The notes below the pieces were generated by a model that worked only from the letters and a program-made list of their open reading frames with translations, was not told the DNA's origin and did not search any database. A program made the translations under genes and the position numbers. Shown here in pieces: positions 11,928 to 24,369 of a stretch of 64,000 bases of DNA (within the stretch, counting starts at the first letter, position 1; each line of letters starts with the position of its first letter). The DNA is from Eledone cirrhosa (taxonomy: Eukaryota). The DNA is taken from positions 100,006,001 to 100,070,000 of the forward strand of contig OZ024743.1 of the NCBI GenBank assembly GCA_964016885.1, written 5' to 3'.

Positions 11928-12250
11928 GGCACATGGCTTAGTGGTTAGAGCATTGGCCTTGCAATCGAAGGGTTGTGAGTTCAATTCTCAGACCGGTTTC
12001 TTTGAGCAAGACACTTTATTTCACATTGCTCCAGTTTACTCAGCTGTAGAAATGAGATGATAGGGACTGGGGCCCATAGCATTCCACAGCAAAGTGGTCG
12101 TGGAGGTGCCATGGCAAAAAAGCACCCAGCACTCACTGTAAATGAGGTTGGTGTTAGGAAGGGCATCCAGCTGTCGAAATCAAGCCAGAATCAGTTCCCG
12201 TCCCACCCTTGCAAGCAGGGAAAAGTGGACGTAAAATGATGATGATGATA
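11928..12250 (+). mobile_element. tRNA-derived SINE (family A) with CORE-like centre and RTE-derived 3' tail
   Basis: A box TGGCTTAGTGG, B box GAGTTCAATTC, TTGAGCAAGACACTT centre, GTTAGGAAGGGCATCCAGC and (GAT)n tail. Near-identical to 18187-18534. Confidence 0.85.
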
Positions 12251-12259
12251 TATATATAT

Positions 12260-13252
12260 ACAGAATACTAGCTCATTCCATTGCGCAGATGGTTCTATAG
12301 AAATAGTGGACACCTACCGTTACCTGGGTGACAAAATCAGCAGTGGTGGAGGGTGCTTTGAAAGCACAGTACGGGATGGAAAAAGTTCAGAGAGCTTATA
12401 CCATTATTGGCCGCTAAATGGTTCTCTCTAAAAATAAAAGGCAGGCTGTATGATGACTGCATACGAACAGCAATGTTACATGGCAGTGAGACGTGGGCAT
12501 TGTGTGCAGAGGATATACGCAGACTGGAGAGGAACGAAGCTTGCATGCTCCATTGGATGTGTAATATACATGAACGGCAAAGCATAAATGAACTAAGGGA
12601 GAAATTAGGAATGTTGTTTACTCGAGAGAAGACTACGTTGGTATGGTCATGTGATGTGCATGAAAGACAACTGCATAAAAAAGTGCAGGGCGATAAAAAT
12701 AGACGGTAGCCACGGAGTAGGCAGACCCAGAAAAACCTGGGACGACTTGATAAATTCCGACCTCACACACTTACACCTCTCCAAGACAATGTCACTGGAC
12801 CGCTACACAGTAATACAAAAGACCCGCCTTGCCTAAGTACAAAGCAAAACCTACAGTCAGTAGGCACCTCTTAACAAAAATACCCCCCCACCCACCCACC
12901 CACCGGCCCACTACCCCCACCCCATCCACACCACCCCTTTCGATGTAAAGTTATGTTGGTACCACAACATCCAGTCTGAAATAAATTAGGTCGAGATCAT
13001 GTAGGTGTCACAACAAAAAAAACACACAGTCCACGCTGTAATGTGGCCGTGTAGGTAACACGGTAAAAACCTCCCAGTCCATACTGTAAACGTGGTTGGT
13101 GTTAGGAAGGGCATCCAGCCGTAGAAAACCCGTCAGACAGTCCTATGCGAGCAAGACAACCAATCTGGCCTCAAGTGGGAAAATTCCCGTCCAAACCCAT
13201 GCAAGCGTGGAAGATGGACGTTAAACGATGGTGATGATGATGATGATGATAT
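12260..13252 (+). mobile_element. RTE LINE 3' portion with internal deletions
   Basis: MLHGSETW..RLERNE, GRPRKTW, 3'UTR and (GAT)n tail; matches 28730-29748. Confidence 0.92.
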
Positions 13253-13368
13253 ATATATCATCATCATCATATTTATAGCAGAAAAATCTACAAGGAAAAA
13301 TAACTCAGGAAAACAATACAATGCAATGATGGTATATTAATTTAATGATTGATATAATCAGAAGAGAG

Positions 13369-13404
13369 CCTTGACATTTTGGACGTTAGTCTTTCATCAG
13401 AAGA
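13369..13404 (-). ncRNA. decayed minimal type I hammerhead ribozyme motif
   Basis: Minus strand: CTT-CTGATGA-AAGAC-TAAC-GTCC-AAAA-TG-TC-AAG. Stem I CTT/AAG is present, and GAAAC appears altered at CpG sites. Confidence 0.5.
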
Positions 13405-13957
13405 TAGAATGAGAGAAATAAGAGAAGATGTTTAGGAGAGAGAAAAAGAAATAGAAGATAAAAGAGAATAAGGAAAGGAAGAAAACAGGAAAAGGGTAGA
13501 TAGGAAAGTAAATACATACTTCTGTTAAGTCAGTCATCTTGATAAGTGAGAATTTCAGAATGAAGCTAGATTGCTGAAGAGTTACCAAAGGGGAGATAAG
13601 CATCAAAGGAAGCAGAAAATATGTGTGTGTGTATATATGTTTGTTTGTACAAAACTATAAGGGTATGAAAGTTGTGATGCACATGAGACTGTGACTGTTG
13701 TTGGTAGGCTATGATGTATGTATGGTTCTCTATGTACATACATGTGTGTACATACATGCAAGTTGATCAACATGGCAAGTTGACAGTTGTTGAGTGAGAC
13801 TGACATGCTTGGTGTGTGTGAGTATGTGTACATATGTGTTTGTATATACACATACATATGTACACAGAGTTAACATTATATACGTACATATACATACACA
13901 TGCATATACAAGCACACCTCATGTTTTACAGAGAGAGAATAAATGTGACACATACAT

Positions 13958-13981
13958 ATCATCATCTTCTTCATCGTCGTT

Positions 13982-14033
<52 letters not shown>

Positions 14034-14035
14034 CC
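13958..14035. repeat. (CAT)n microsatellite
   Basis: Visible directly. Confidence 0.95.
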
Positions 14036-14192
14036 ATTTCAAGTTGGTATAGCTTAGATGAGTCTGTTTTTATTTGAAATTAATGGTGTTGTAGATGTCA
14101 GAGGACCCAATCTCACTCATCAATTCCATTTTTGGAATAGTTTTGGCAGCAGAACTTAAGAGGTTGTCTTGTCCTCCGCAAGTTTAAATAGT

Positions 14193-14280
14193 CTTCTTCT
14201 TCTTATTATTATTATTATTATTATTATTCTCGTCCTCCTTCTTCTTCTCCTCCTCCTTCTTCTTCTTCTTCTTCTTCTTT
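14193..14280. repeat. (TTA)n/(CTT)n compound microsatellite
   Basis: Visible directly. Confidence 0.9.
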
Positions 14281-14419
14281 ATCGGAGCTGTGATCTCTCA
14301 ATTCGGAGAAGTAGCAGCTCTACTACCTCAAGTGACTCTGATCTCCAAGCTAAAGTAACGTTATCCCAAAGAGGAACCCTATTTTGGCCTCTTGCATTCA
14401 CGATCATATTCTTTCACTC

Positions 14420-14640
14420 ATTACCCAAGATACATAACCATTAGTAAGGGTTGGCACAAATATTGAATTGAAATAATGAGTTTGGCTTTTACACCTACCT
14501 CCCTTCTTCTGATTATTGAATGCTGAAGCTGGCACATTACTGCACCAACTCCTGTAATTCTTGCACTTATTTCAGCCTTCTGCCTTCCATCACTCATGAA
14601 CATGGCCCCGAGTTACTTGAACCTCTCCACCTACTTTATT
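14420..14640 (-). mobile_element. old RTE-like LINE fragment
   Basis: Minus-strand translation EISARITGVGAVMCQLQHSIIRRREVGVKAKL resembles the post-RT region of RTE ORFs. Confidence 0.5.
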
Positions 14641-14756
14641 GGTTTCATTCTTTCAATATGATGTCAATGAAGAGCTGCATAGCAGAGAGAGAGAGAGATT
14701 GTGGTAAAGAAGGGTGAAAGTAGGGAGTACTGGATATATAATAAATATATATAATA

Positions 14757-14938
14757 GTTTCTACTTTTGGCACAAGGCCAGCAATTACCCAGTACATTAC
14801 TGGTACTTTATTTTATTGACCCCATAAGGATGAAAGGCAAAGTTAACCTCAGCGGGATTTGAACTCAGACCGTAAAGGGACGTAACTATGCTGGAAAGCA
14901 GGTGTCCGACTCTCTACCGATACTGCCAATCCACCAGC
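14757..14938 (-). mobile_element. tRNA-derived SINE (family B)
   Basis: Reverse complement of the copies at 17266-17646. Confidence 0.85.
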
Positions 14939-15280
14939 TTTCTTCTGCACAGTTTCCATAGGATATTTGTTGAAACAAAAACCAGACTGCTCAGCAGTTA
15001 AACATGCAAATATCCATTTCCTACTTAAAAAACACATAATGAGAATTGACACCAAGAAGGCCATTTGGGTGTAGAATTCTGCCTCAAAATGTATCTCATC
15101 CAACCTATGCCATCAAAAAATAGCCATAAAATCAATAACTACATGTGTGTATGAGTGTGTACGAGTGTGTGTGTGTTTGTGTGTTCAGCAAAAATTTCAA
15201 GAAGAAAAACTACTATATATATATATATAAACGACGATGATGATGATAATGATAATGATATATATATATATATATATATA

Positions 15281-16163
15281 CAGGGTGCGGATGATATTTG
15301 TTCGCAAGATTACTGTCTAGGAAAAAATAACACAGTAGTTTTATTTTTTTAAGATTTATTTATCAAACTTGTGTCAGTTTGTCTTCATGACTTGTTCTTT
15401 CGATCTCACTCGATAAACCCACCATTGGCTTTGATGACGACCTCAATGCGGCCTCGGAACCGGCTACAGGCCTTCGTTACTGTCCTCTGACTTAGGCCCT
15501 TGTGATCCTGGCCTTCAGATCGTCTTTCGTATTGCAGCTAGATCTGTTGGTGTCTTGTTTCACTGCGCTCCACACAAAGAAGTCGAGGGAGTTGCAGTCA
15601 GGCAAGCTGGGAGGCCAGATGTCAGGTGAAGTGTGGTCGACAAAGTTCTCTGACAGCCAGGCTTGGGTCTTTCGGCTGGTATGGCAGGGCGCTGAGTCTT
15701 GCTGCCACACATACGGCCTACCTGCAGCTACCTGGTCGATCCAGGGCTTTACTACCTCGCTCAGAACGCGGATGTAGCCATCGGTGTTGAGCTTGAGGCC
15801 CTCAGGGAAGGAGTGAGGTGGCATAACATCACCTTGACTGCTGACGACACCTAAGACCAATGTTGTAGCTGGAAACTTTGTCTGCATGACTCTGGGCACA
15901 TCTTTGGATGAGACAGTGAGCCACCTGTTGTTCTGGTAGTTGATCTTCTGGTCTTATGTGTCCTCCCGGCGGGGATTCCAAGAAGAACTCCGTGTCTCTT
16001 CCACAAATTTGGAGGTTCAAAATTATTCATAATCAATTATTCTGAAAATAAATAATGGAAATATAGTCACTGTTTTTATGAAGACAAGAGTGACAACAGA
16101 AGTAAAAAAAATTTGCATAAAATTAGCAGTTGAAAATTGCGAACCAATATCATCCGCACCCTG
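15281..16163 (-). mobile_element. internally deleted Tc1/mariner-superfamily DD37D (maT) transposon
   Basis: 27-bp TIRs CAGGGTGCGGATGATATT(T/G)GTTCGCAA with 1 mismatch and TA flanks. ORF 15492-15899 has WQQDSAPCH and WPPSLPDCNSLD, with 37 residues between the 2nd and 3rd catalytic D. Confidence 0.92.
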
Positions 16164-17265
16164 TATACATATATATATATATATATACATGTACAAACAG
16201 CTAATATTTATTCATTATGATTCATTACACATGATATTCTATTTGCAATCAATGGTTTCTTGAGCTAACAAAGCCTTCAGATGGCTGAACAAGATTTACC
16301 AAAAGTCTTGTCAGAAGAGATTAGAATAAACAGGGGAAAGAAGTGATAGAGAGATATTTACTCTCTTCCCCAAAACATCAGGTTGCACATTTAAATGAAC
16401 TAAACCCACCTTAGTAATATTTTACAACTTCACAGTTGCTCACATTTTATATTAGTATATTCTCAACTACTATATATATTCTCAACCATAACTACTGCCG
16501 ACATTTCACTCATTCCTTTTATATATCTGCTTCTTTACTACACATGAGTTGACAGAGTCATTAGAATGCGGGATAGAATACTTTGCAGTATTCATTCTGG
16601 TTCTCTGCGTTCTGAGTTCAAATCCTGCCAGAGTCAATTTTGCTTACCATCTTTTCATGGTAAAGAAGTATTAGTCCTGTATTGGGGGTCAATTCTTCCT
16701 TTATATTGTTGTCTTACTTCCTCTCTCTCCTTCTCTGGAAGAAATCAGCTGTATTCAGACCTGGAGAGGGATGGGCTCCCCCAAATTTGAAATACTGTGT
16801 GCCACTATGGTGCCCCCATCATTCCATCAGGGATTATAGGTCTATACATACCTTACTTAAGACAGGTTTAACACTATTAAACTCTATAAAATCTCTGACC
16901 ACGACTATACTACATTTATGCCAACCTGTCACTTTTTCCATCTCTTATTTTCTTTCGCTATTTTTGCTCCCATTCAACTCTCATTTAATGGTGAGAGGGA
17001 TAAAAAATAGAGAGATTGTGAATTGAGAGAATATTTTCATTTGATGTATCATCTTATATAAAGTTCATCTAGCCAACAGCTAACAGCTGTACATGAACTA
17101 GAACACTTAAAAGTTAGTTGTTGAAAAACAACATTCTCAACCATTTGATAGAAACGTATATGGTTAGTTATTATCAAGACAAGACATAAGGCTGGGAGCT
17201 AATGAATTAACCAGGAAATGGAAATTTGATTTCTGTGTTTGGCTGTAATTATTTTATACGGTAGA

Positions 17266-17451
17266 AAGGGTGGTGGATTGGCAGTATCGGTAGAGGGTCG
17301 GACGCCATGCTTTGCAGCATAGTTACGTCCCTTTACGATCTGAGTTCAAATCTCGCCGAGGTTGACTTTGCCTTTCATCCTTACGTGGTCGATAAAATAA
17401 AGTACCAGTAATGCACTGGGTATTTGCTGGCCTTGTGCCTAAAGTAGAAAC
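17266..17451 (+). mobile_element. tRNA-derived SINE (family B), copy with 19-bp TSD
   Basis: A-box-like TGGCAGTATCGG, B box GAGTTCAAATC and centre GCCTTTCATCCTTAC.GGTCGATAAAATAAAGTACCAG (resembles the Meta/MESC SINE domain, from recall). Flanked by AATTATTTTATACGGTAGA at 17247 and 17452. Confidence 0.88.
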
Positions 17452-17463
17452 AATTATTTTATA

Positions 17464-17646
17464 CGGTAGATTGGCAGAATCGGTAGAGGGTCGGACGCTA
17501 TGCTTTGCAGCATACAGTTACGGCTCTTGCCATTCTGAGTTCAAATCCCGCCGAGGTTAACTTTGCCTTTCATCCTTACGGGGTCGATAAAATAAAGTAC
17601 CAGTAATACACTGGATAATTGCTGGCCTTGTGCCAAAAGTAGAAAC
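17464..17646 (+). mobile_element. tRNA-derived SINE (family B), adjacent copy; other remnants at about 16545-16700, 19243-19400, 26815-27040 and 33118-33190
   Basis: Same sequence as the preceding copy, followed by AATTATTTTATA at 17647-17658. Confidence 0.88.
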
Positions 17647-17771
17647 AATTATTTTATAGTTTAGTATAATTTCTGTTATCTATGGAATCATCATCATTAT
17701 CATTACTTCATACATACATACATGCACAAACAAATATGCATATACATATATATACATATCTATATCTATCG

Positions 17772-17807
<36 letters not shown>

Positions 17808-18186
17808 ATACATAGAGAGAGAGAGAGAGAAACAGAGAGAGATACGTGTAATTTTATATAAATATATATATCATCATCATCATTATCATACATCCATTTT
17901 CCCTGCTAGCATGAGTTGGACAGGTCATCAAAAACCAATCAGTACTGAAGCAGAACCACTGAACTATCAGACAACCTGGGGGGGGTTATGATTCTCACTT
18001 ACATATATTTCTGTACTCTAACAAGTGCTCAGACGAACTGGAGTCCTGCACCTTACCAAATGCATTTTATCATGACAGCAGCACTAGGGAGGTTGTCATG
18101 TCTTCAACATAAATGAAGAGTCTACTCAACCCTTTGTTTGACCAGTTTTCTATAGTGGATGCCCTTCTTTTCACCATATATATGGA

Positions 18187-18534
18187 GGCACATGGCTTAG
18201 TGGTTAGAGCAATGGCCTTGCAATCGAAAGGTTGTGAGTTCAATTCTCAGACCAGGTGATGTGTTGTTTCCTTGAGCAAGACACTTTATTTCACATTGCT
18301 CCAGTTTACTCAGATATAGAAATGAGATGATAGGGACTGCGGTCCATATTATTCCACTGCAAAGTGGTCGTGGAGGTGCCATGGCAAAAAAGCACCCAGC
18401 ACTCACTGTAAATGAGGTTGGTGTTAGGAAGGGCATCCAGCTGTAGAAATCAAGCCAGAATCAGTTCCCGTCCCACCCTTGTAAGCAGGGAAAAAGCGGA
18501 CGTAAAATGAAATGATGATGATGATGATGATGAT
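18187..18534 (+). mobile_element. tRNA-derived SINE (family A), full length
   Basis: As 11928-12250. Confidence 0.88.
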
Positions 18535-18682
18535 ATTCATACACACATATGTAAGATATTAGTGCTGGTGCCATGATGAACTGCACCAAGTACACACTGT
18601 AAAGTGGTTGACATTAAAAAGGGCATCCAGCTAGAGGAAGCCTGCCAAAATGGAATGTATGAGCAAGAAGCAGTCATCACCA

Positions 18683-18749
18683 GTGATGGTGATGGTGGTG
18701 ATGGTGATGGTGATGGTGATGATGGTGGTGGTGATGATGATGATGGTGG

Positions 18750-18784
<35 letters not shown>

Positions 18785-18810
18785 GTGATGGTGGTGATGA
18801 TGATGATGAT
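18683..18810. repeat. (GAT/GGT)n microsatellite
   Basis: Visible directly. Confidence 0.95.
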
Positions 18811-19551
18811 ATATGTATATAAGTGTGTGTAAGTGAAATGATTGATGTTGAAAGCATTTAGGTAAATTTGAACATCTCAAATCAAACGGCCATAATAATA
18901 GCTGATCAATATCAATAATAATTGAGAAAATTGATTCTCGTACAACATCTGATAATGGAAATGTACTTGTTTGTGTCTGTCTCTGCTTGTCTTAACTTTT
19001 AATGGGACATTTTTGACACATATGCATCATCATCATCATTTTATGTCCATTTCTCCATGCTAGCATGGGTTAGATGAGTTGTCCCATTGTGAGACAAGTC
19101 AGATCAGATGACGATATCTCACTCATACAGAACTGTTTCTGGCTTGGTTTCTAGGACTGGATGCCCTTCCTAATGCCAACCAATTTTACAGTGTGAACTG
19201 GGTGCTTTTTGTCATAACACCAAAACAACCATTTTGTAAGTATAGGTGGCAAATTGGCAGAGTCGTTAAGCCGTCGGATAGAATGCTTTATGGTACTTGT
19301 CCCACCTCATTGTGCACTCTAAGTTCAAATCCCACCATAGTCAACTTTACCTTTCATCCTTTCAAGATCGATAAAAAAAAGTACCAGTCCAGTACTGGGG
19401 TCAAGTCTTCCTCTATAGAAAAAATCAGCTATGTTCAGACCTGGAGAGGGTTGGGCTCCACCAGGCTTAAAAGTGCCCTAGACTTACTGTATGACGGTGC
19501 CTCTACTACTCCACAAGGAGTTATGGGATCTTTATCCTTTATATATATATA

Positions 19552-20203
19552 CTAGCAGAGGTACCCGGCGTTGCTCGGGTATTAAATAGCAGTTGTGTAT
19601 ACCATTTATGTTAATACTTCAGTGCTGCTCCGAAAACTATACTTTTACAAAAGTAGGTTCCTGCCCCCAGGGGTCCCCTACTCAATATGTGCCAATTCTG
19701 AGAGTTCACATTCATCTGCAGGACAAACGTAGCCCATGTGTCAAGTTTTGTGAAAATCGGTTGCGAACTCCAGAAGTTATGACTCCATTTATACCATTTA
19801 CTCCATTTATACCATAAACTTGGTCTTGTCTTTGCATGAAATTGTTCTCTCGTTCCACATAACGACGTATTATCCTCGCTTTTTTCCCGTTCATTGCCAG
19901 GGAACGTCTTCATGAACCAAAACATTGTCTTCCTGTTTTTGTTCGGTTGCAACGTTTCTCGAAATATTTACTTCTGCGTTCACAGATTATTCTCAGTTTA
20001 ATTTGAATGGGAAATTCCTGTTTCATCGATTTTCTCCGTAACCATGGAAGCTTGTAGCTTGAAAGTCGACCCAACGCCTCCTCGGGTCATTCTGCATAAC
20101 TGTAAATATTCGCTGCATTCCACCAAGCCGTTTCGACGTTTATCCGACTACACCTACTTACTTAAATATACAACGTCCGACCACTTCCAATTTATATAGT
20201 AGA
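19552..20203 (-). mobile_element. non-autonomous Helitron
   Basis: The minus strand begins A|TCTACTATAT and ends with the hairpin ACCCG-AGCAACGC-CGGGT followed by CTAG|T. These are canonical TC..hairpin..CTRR ends inserted between A and T. Confidence 0.8.
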
Positions 20204-20416
20204 TACAACAACAGTATCACATCAACAACAAAACCATTCTTAGATACCAAAATATGATACCAGAATATGAAAAATTCATTGGAAGATGTTATCGATATCA
20301 AATAACCAAAAGAAAAGGCAATAACAAAATCTATGGAGTGATTATGATGCTAAATTGATATTTTTGTTGAAGTGGGTTGGTGAGCAATTTCACGAGCTTT
20401 CTTTAGATGTTGTCTT

Positions 20417-22585
20417 AAATAATAATAATAATAATGAAATTATTGTGTAAAGTGCTCAGGTGCACTACAACTCGTCAAAGGTGCATGTATAGTACATAGA
20501 ATAATATACAAATGTCAGGGAAGTGAATAGTGTATGAGCCATGATATACATGTGTGTATGTGTGTGGAGGGGGAACATTAGGTGTAGTGTTGGCGAATCT
20601 CGGGAAGCATGGAGGTTTTAAAGGATGCAGAGTCTCGACAGCTAACAACTGATGCAGGTAGTTTGTTCCATGCTTCAGCAACTCTGAGCGTGAAAAAATG
20701 TTTCCGAAAGTCAAGGGAGCTGTGCTGTTTTCTGACTTTGTGGGCATGCCCACGTGTGTTATACACATGGAAATCAAAAAGGTACTCAGGATTGTTGTTG
20801 GCAAGATGGTTAACAATTTTGTGGGTGTTTACCAAGTCAGTTGCCAGGCGTCGGAGCTTCAATGTATCCATGCCCAGGGAAGCAAGGTGTTCAGAGTATG
20901 GTAGATGCCTGATGGAGGGTATTCGCTTGGTTGCACTGAACAGTTTCTCTGAACAGCTTCTCTGAACAGTTTCCAGGCAGTCAATGTTCTGAGCAAGATA
21001 GGGGTTCCAGACTGGTTATGCGAATTCTAAGTGTGGCCGCACCATAGCCATGTACAGCCTTAAATAGATAGCTGGAGAGCGGCTGACAAAGGTCTTGCTG
21101 AGTGATGCTAAGACACCCTCGGCCCTCTTGACAATTTTAGAGACGTGCTTCGTCCAACGCAAATCGCTGCTGACAGTAATGCCCAGGTCACGTTCACAAG
21201 AAGACTTCTTGATATTTGTGCTGTGGAGGGAGTATGTGGACGCTGGATTTTTACTCCCAAAATGCATGGTGGTGCACTTGTCCACAGCTAACTTGAGTTG
21301 CCAGTCTGAGATCCATTGTTGCATTGTGTCCAGGTCAGACTGCAAGCAAGATCTATAGTGTTCAGGATCTGTCCTTTTTATCTCAAGGTACAGCTTGATG
21401 TCATCTGCGTACTTTAGTACTGTGTCATTCTTTAAGTTGGCATCTATGTCATTAATATATGCCACAAACAAAAGGAGGCCAAGAACAGATCCCTGTGGTA
21501 CACCAGATGACATCTCATATGGTGATGAATGCTGTCCTAGAACCATGACTACCTCTCTTCGACTGAGAATGAAGGACTTCAACCAGTTAAAAAGATCATC
21601 CTTCACACCCATTGCAGAGAGTTTTGCCATAAGCCTTTTGTGTGGCACAGAATTGAAAGCTTTCGCAAAGTCAAGGTAAACAACATCCACCCATGAGCTG
21701 CCATCAGTGATCTGAGTGATGTCTTCAAGAAACTCGATAAGTTGATCACAGCAGCTGGAGTTGGGGATAAATCCAAATTGCGAGGGCCGGATAAGACTGT
21801 GAGAGTTCCAGAAGTTCCAAAGTGTTTCTCTGAAATAGGATTCCATCAGTTTGGCAATGCAGCTAATAAGACTGACTGGACGATAGTTCACAGGTGATGT
21901 GCGGTCGCCCTTTTTGAACAGAGGAATGACACTGGCAGTTTTCCACTGTTCTGGAGTAGCGCCGTTGTTCAGACAGAATTGGAAGAAGGGTGATAGCCGG
22001 TGCAGGAGGAAGTATCCACCATGTTTAAGAAGCAGGTACGTAACACCATCAAGACCAGGAGAGGCATGGTTGCGTTTATTTTTTAGGTGACGTCACAGCA
22101 TTGCAGGTGTAAATTCCATGGTTGTAATAGAATCCGGTGTCATAGGTGGTGGAGGTGGTACACTCTGGTCTTCAATAGTGAAAATGCCTGCATAGTATTC
22201 AGCAATGAGCTCTGCGCATTCCTTGGAGTCGTCAGTAACCTGGCTTGTGTGGGGATTGTGAAGAGGATCAACTGGAGAGTGAGGCCTCTGCTTTGAGTGA
22301 ACATACTTCCAGAACACCTTACTGTCAGGGCTGGTTGCTATGCGCTGCTCAAATTGAAGCACTGCCTTCTTTGTCACCTGTTTGAGGTGGTTGGACGATC
22401 TATTTCGCCTCTTCCTATTAATGTCTGATTTGTGCAGTTTGTACTCACGTTCAGCATTGCGACATTCTTTTCTGGCAAGACGGACTGCTGCAGTCTCCCA
22501 AATTGCACTTTTGGGATGTTTTTTTCGCTTACGTGGCACCGATGCTGCATGTAGCAGTATTGAATGTATGAAAGTGCTACTCCAT
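20417..22585 (-). mobile_element. 5'-truncated CR1-group LINE (second family) with stops and frameshifts
   Basis: ORF 21016-21891 has NYRPVSL, YLDFAKAF, SGVPQGSVLG and YADD. The C-terminus has NTRGH..FFTLRVAEAWNKLP, and there is an (ATT)n tail at about 20417-20435. Confidence 0.92.
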
Positions 22586-23452
22586 TAAAAGTCTCATTTG
22601 AACTTTGTAGAGGCTTTGGTGGGATTTTTTTTTTTTGGGGGGGGGGGTATGTTTTTCTCTCTTAAAAGAAAGTCTTTTACTATATTGAAGATGTGAATTT
22701 GACAGGAGAGATCTTTGACAGATCTAGTTGTGTACTGTTTATGTTTAGTGAGAGCGAGCTGTGAAAATATTAACACGATATGTTTAGTGATTGCATCTTT
22801 GAACTGTTGGAAGAGACAAGATTGAGTTGTTTTCAAGGTCAGTTCATGTAGTTAGGTGTGAAGTGTCTGTGTTGTGTGTGAATGATGTCTAGGCATGGAA
22901 GGTGAGAGAGAAATAAAGGGTGGTATGATTTCTGGAGGTGACAGTAAGTAGTTTGTTGTATAGAAGGAAGTATGTGAAGAATATAACATAATCTTCAGAT
23001 ACGTCAGAGTTGATAGAATGCACTTCAATAGTACATAAGTTCTTCAACATACATGAGTCCTACATTTATGGATACATATTAAAACAATTATTACTGCCTC
23101 TATATCCCTAAACAAATTAACTTTATCTGCCTTTATTATCAGATGGTTAATGTAGTCTTGATATACAAAAGCAAAGTGTGATGATCAAGGCTGGAATATC
23201 TTTGGTCATATCTTTGCTCAGAGCTGACCTGGGATTAAACAACAGCAACAACCAGACAACAGTTAATGAGAGTAGTAATAAATCACTCATTTGTAAAGCA
23301 TCAAATTATCAGTTGTTTACAATGCCAAGATCAAAGTCTTCTCACACAATGGCTATTAAAGGTAAAGCTTAATTCTATATTATACAATTCTCATGTATGA
23401 GAATTCAGTCATAGTATTATAAATATCTAATCTATTCTTCACCTTCCTACAG

Positions 23453-23502
23453 TGAGCCATTCTCTTTATCTCTCCTGGCCTGCTTACCTGCTCCATTGTC
23501 AG
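23453..23502 (+). CDS. candidate 50-nt internal exon of an unidentified gene (SHSLYLSWPAYLLHCQ in one open frame)
   Basis: CTAAT branch-like motif, pyrimidine tract TCTATTCTTCACCTTCCTACAG and donor CAG|GTAAAA. Lies in non-repetitive DNA. Confidence 0.35.
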
Positions 23503-23804
23503 GTAAAAGTTATGGCTTGGAGAGATCCAATGGACACTTCATAGCTGTAAAATTGTGAGACATGTTCACAACTCATCCGATATAACTAAAGACTTATTAA
23601 CATCTATTTCACTTAGGATCAACAAGACCAACTTTTGTAGAGTATGGGAACAAGTACAGTCAATTAATTCATGTTCAAGTGTATTCTTTTAATATTTTAA
23701 GGATTTCAGTCACTCGATTGTAGCCATGGAGGGATTTAGTCAACCACATTAATCCCAGTCTGTTACTTATTTTATTGTTCTCTTTTTTTCTAACCACTAT
23801 GTTA

Positions 23805-24275
23805 AGATAAAGTGCTAAGAATAGAGCCCTGGTGGACTCTTCTTCACTATAGTTATTATTAATTCTAACCTTGCTGACTGTTTCTCTTTACATGGATTGT
23901 ACTGCCCTCACACGCTACCAATCTATTCTTTGTTTTCTAGACCCCACGAAATAATGGAACCAGGGATTCTTTCAAAAGCTTTCTCCAGGTCAACAAATGC
24001 CAAATAGAGGGGTTTACTTTTAGCTAGGTACTTCTGCAGTTGCCTCACCAGGAAGAGGGCTTCAGTGGTACTTTTACCTGGCACAAATCCAAAGTGCATC
24101 TCATCTAGGTTAACTGTCCTAGATCAGCTTTGCTATAACACTTTCTGTGACTTTCATGACCATGGTCAATCAACTTGATGCCTTTATTGTTTTCTCTTTC
24201 TTGAGCATCCCCTTTGCCCTTGTAGCAGTTGATGATGATGATGCTAGATTTGTCATTGGGTATAGCACCATTGTA
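23805..24275 (-). mobile_element. decayed RTE LINE RT fragment
   Basis: IIINCYKGKGDA; AFVDLEKAF-equivalent sequence at about 23970-24005. Confidence 0.85.
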
Positions 24276-24369
24276 TATATATAGAGAGAAAGAGTCTGTG
24301 GTGCTGAGACCATGGAGAACACTAATCATGTGATTACTGATACATGGGGAGATGTAGAGTGGGTATACA

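Noticed and set aside
11928-12000. tRNA gene (also 18187 and 17270)
   Set aside because: A/B boxes continue into SINE body and tail. No complete cloverleaf or acceptor stem is evident.
18537-18880. Poly-His/Asp/Ser/Met ORFs (also 13794-14444)
   Set aside because: Trinucleotide microsatellites.
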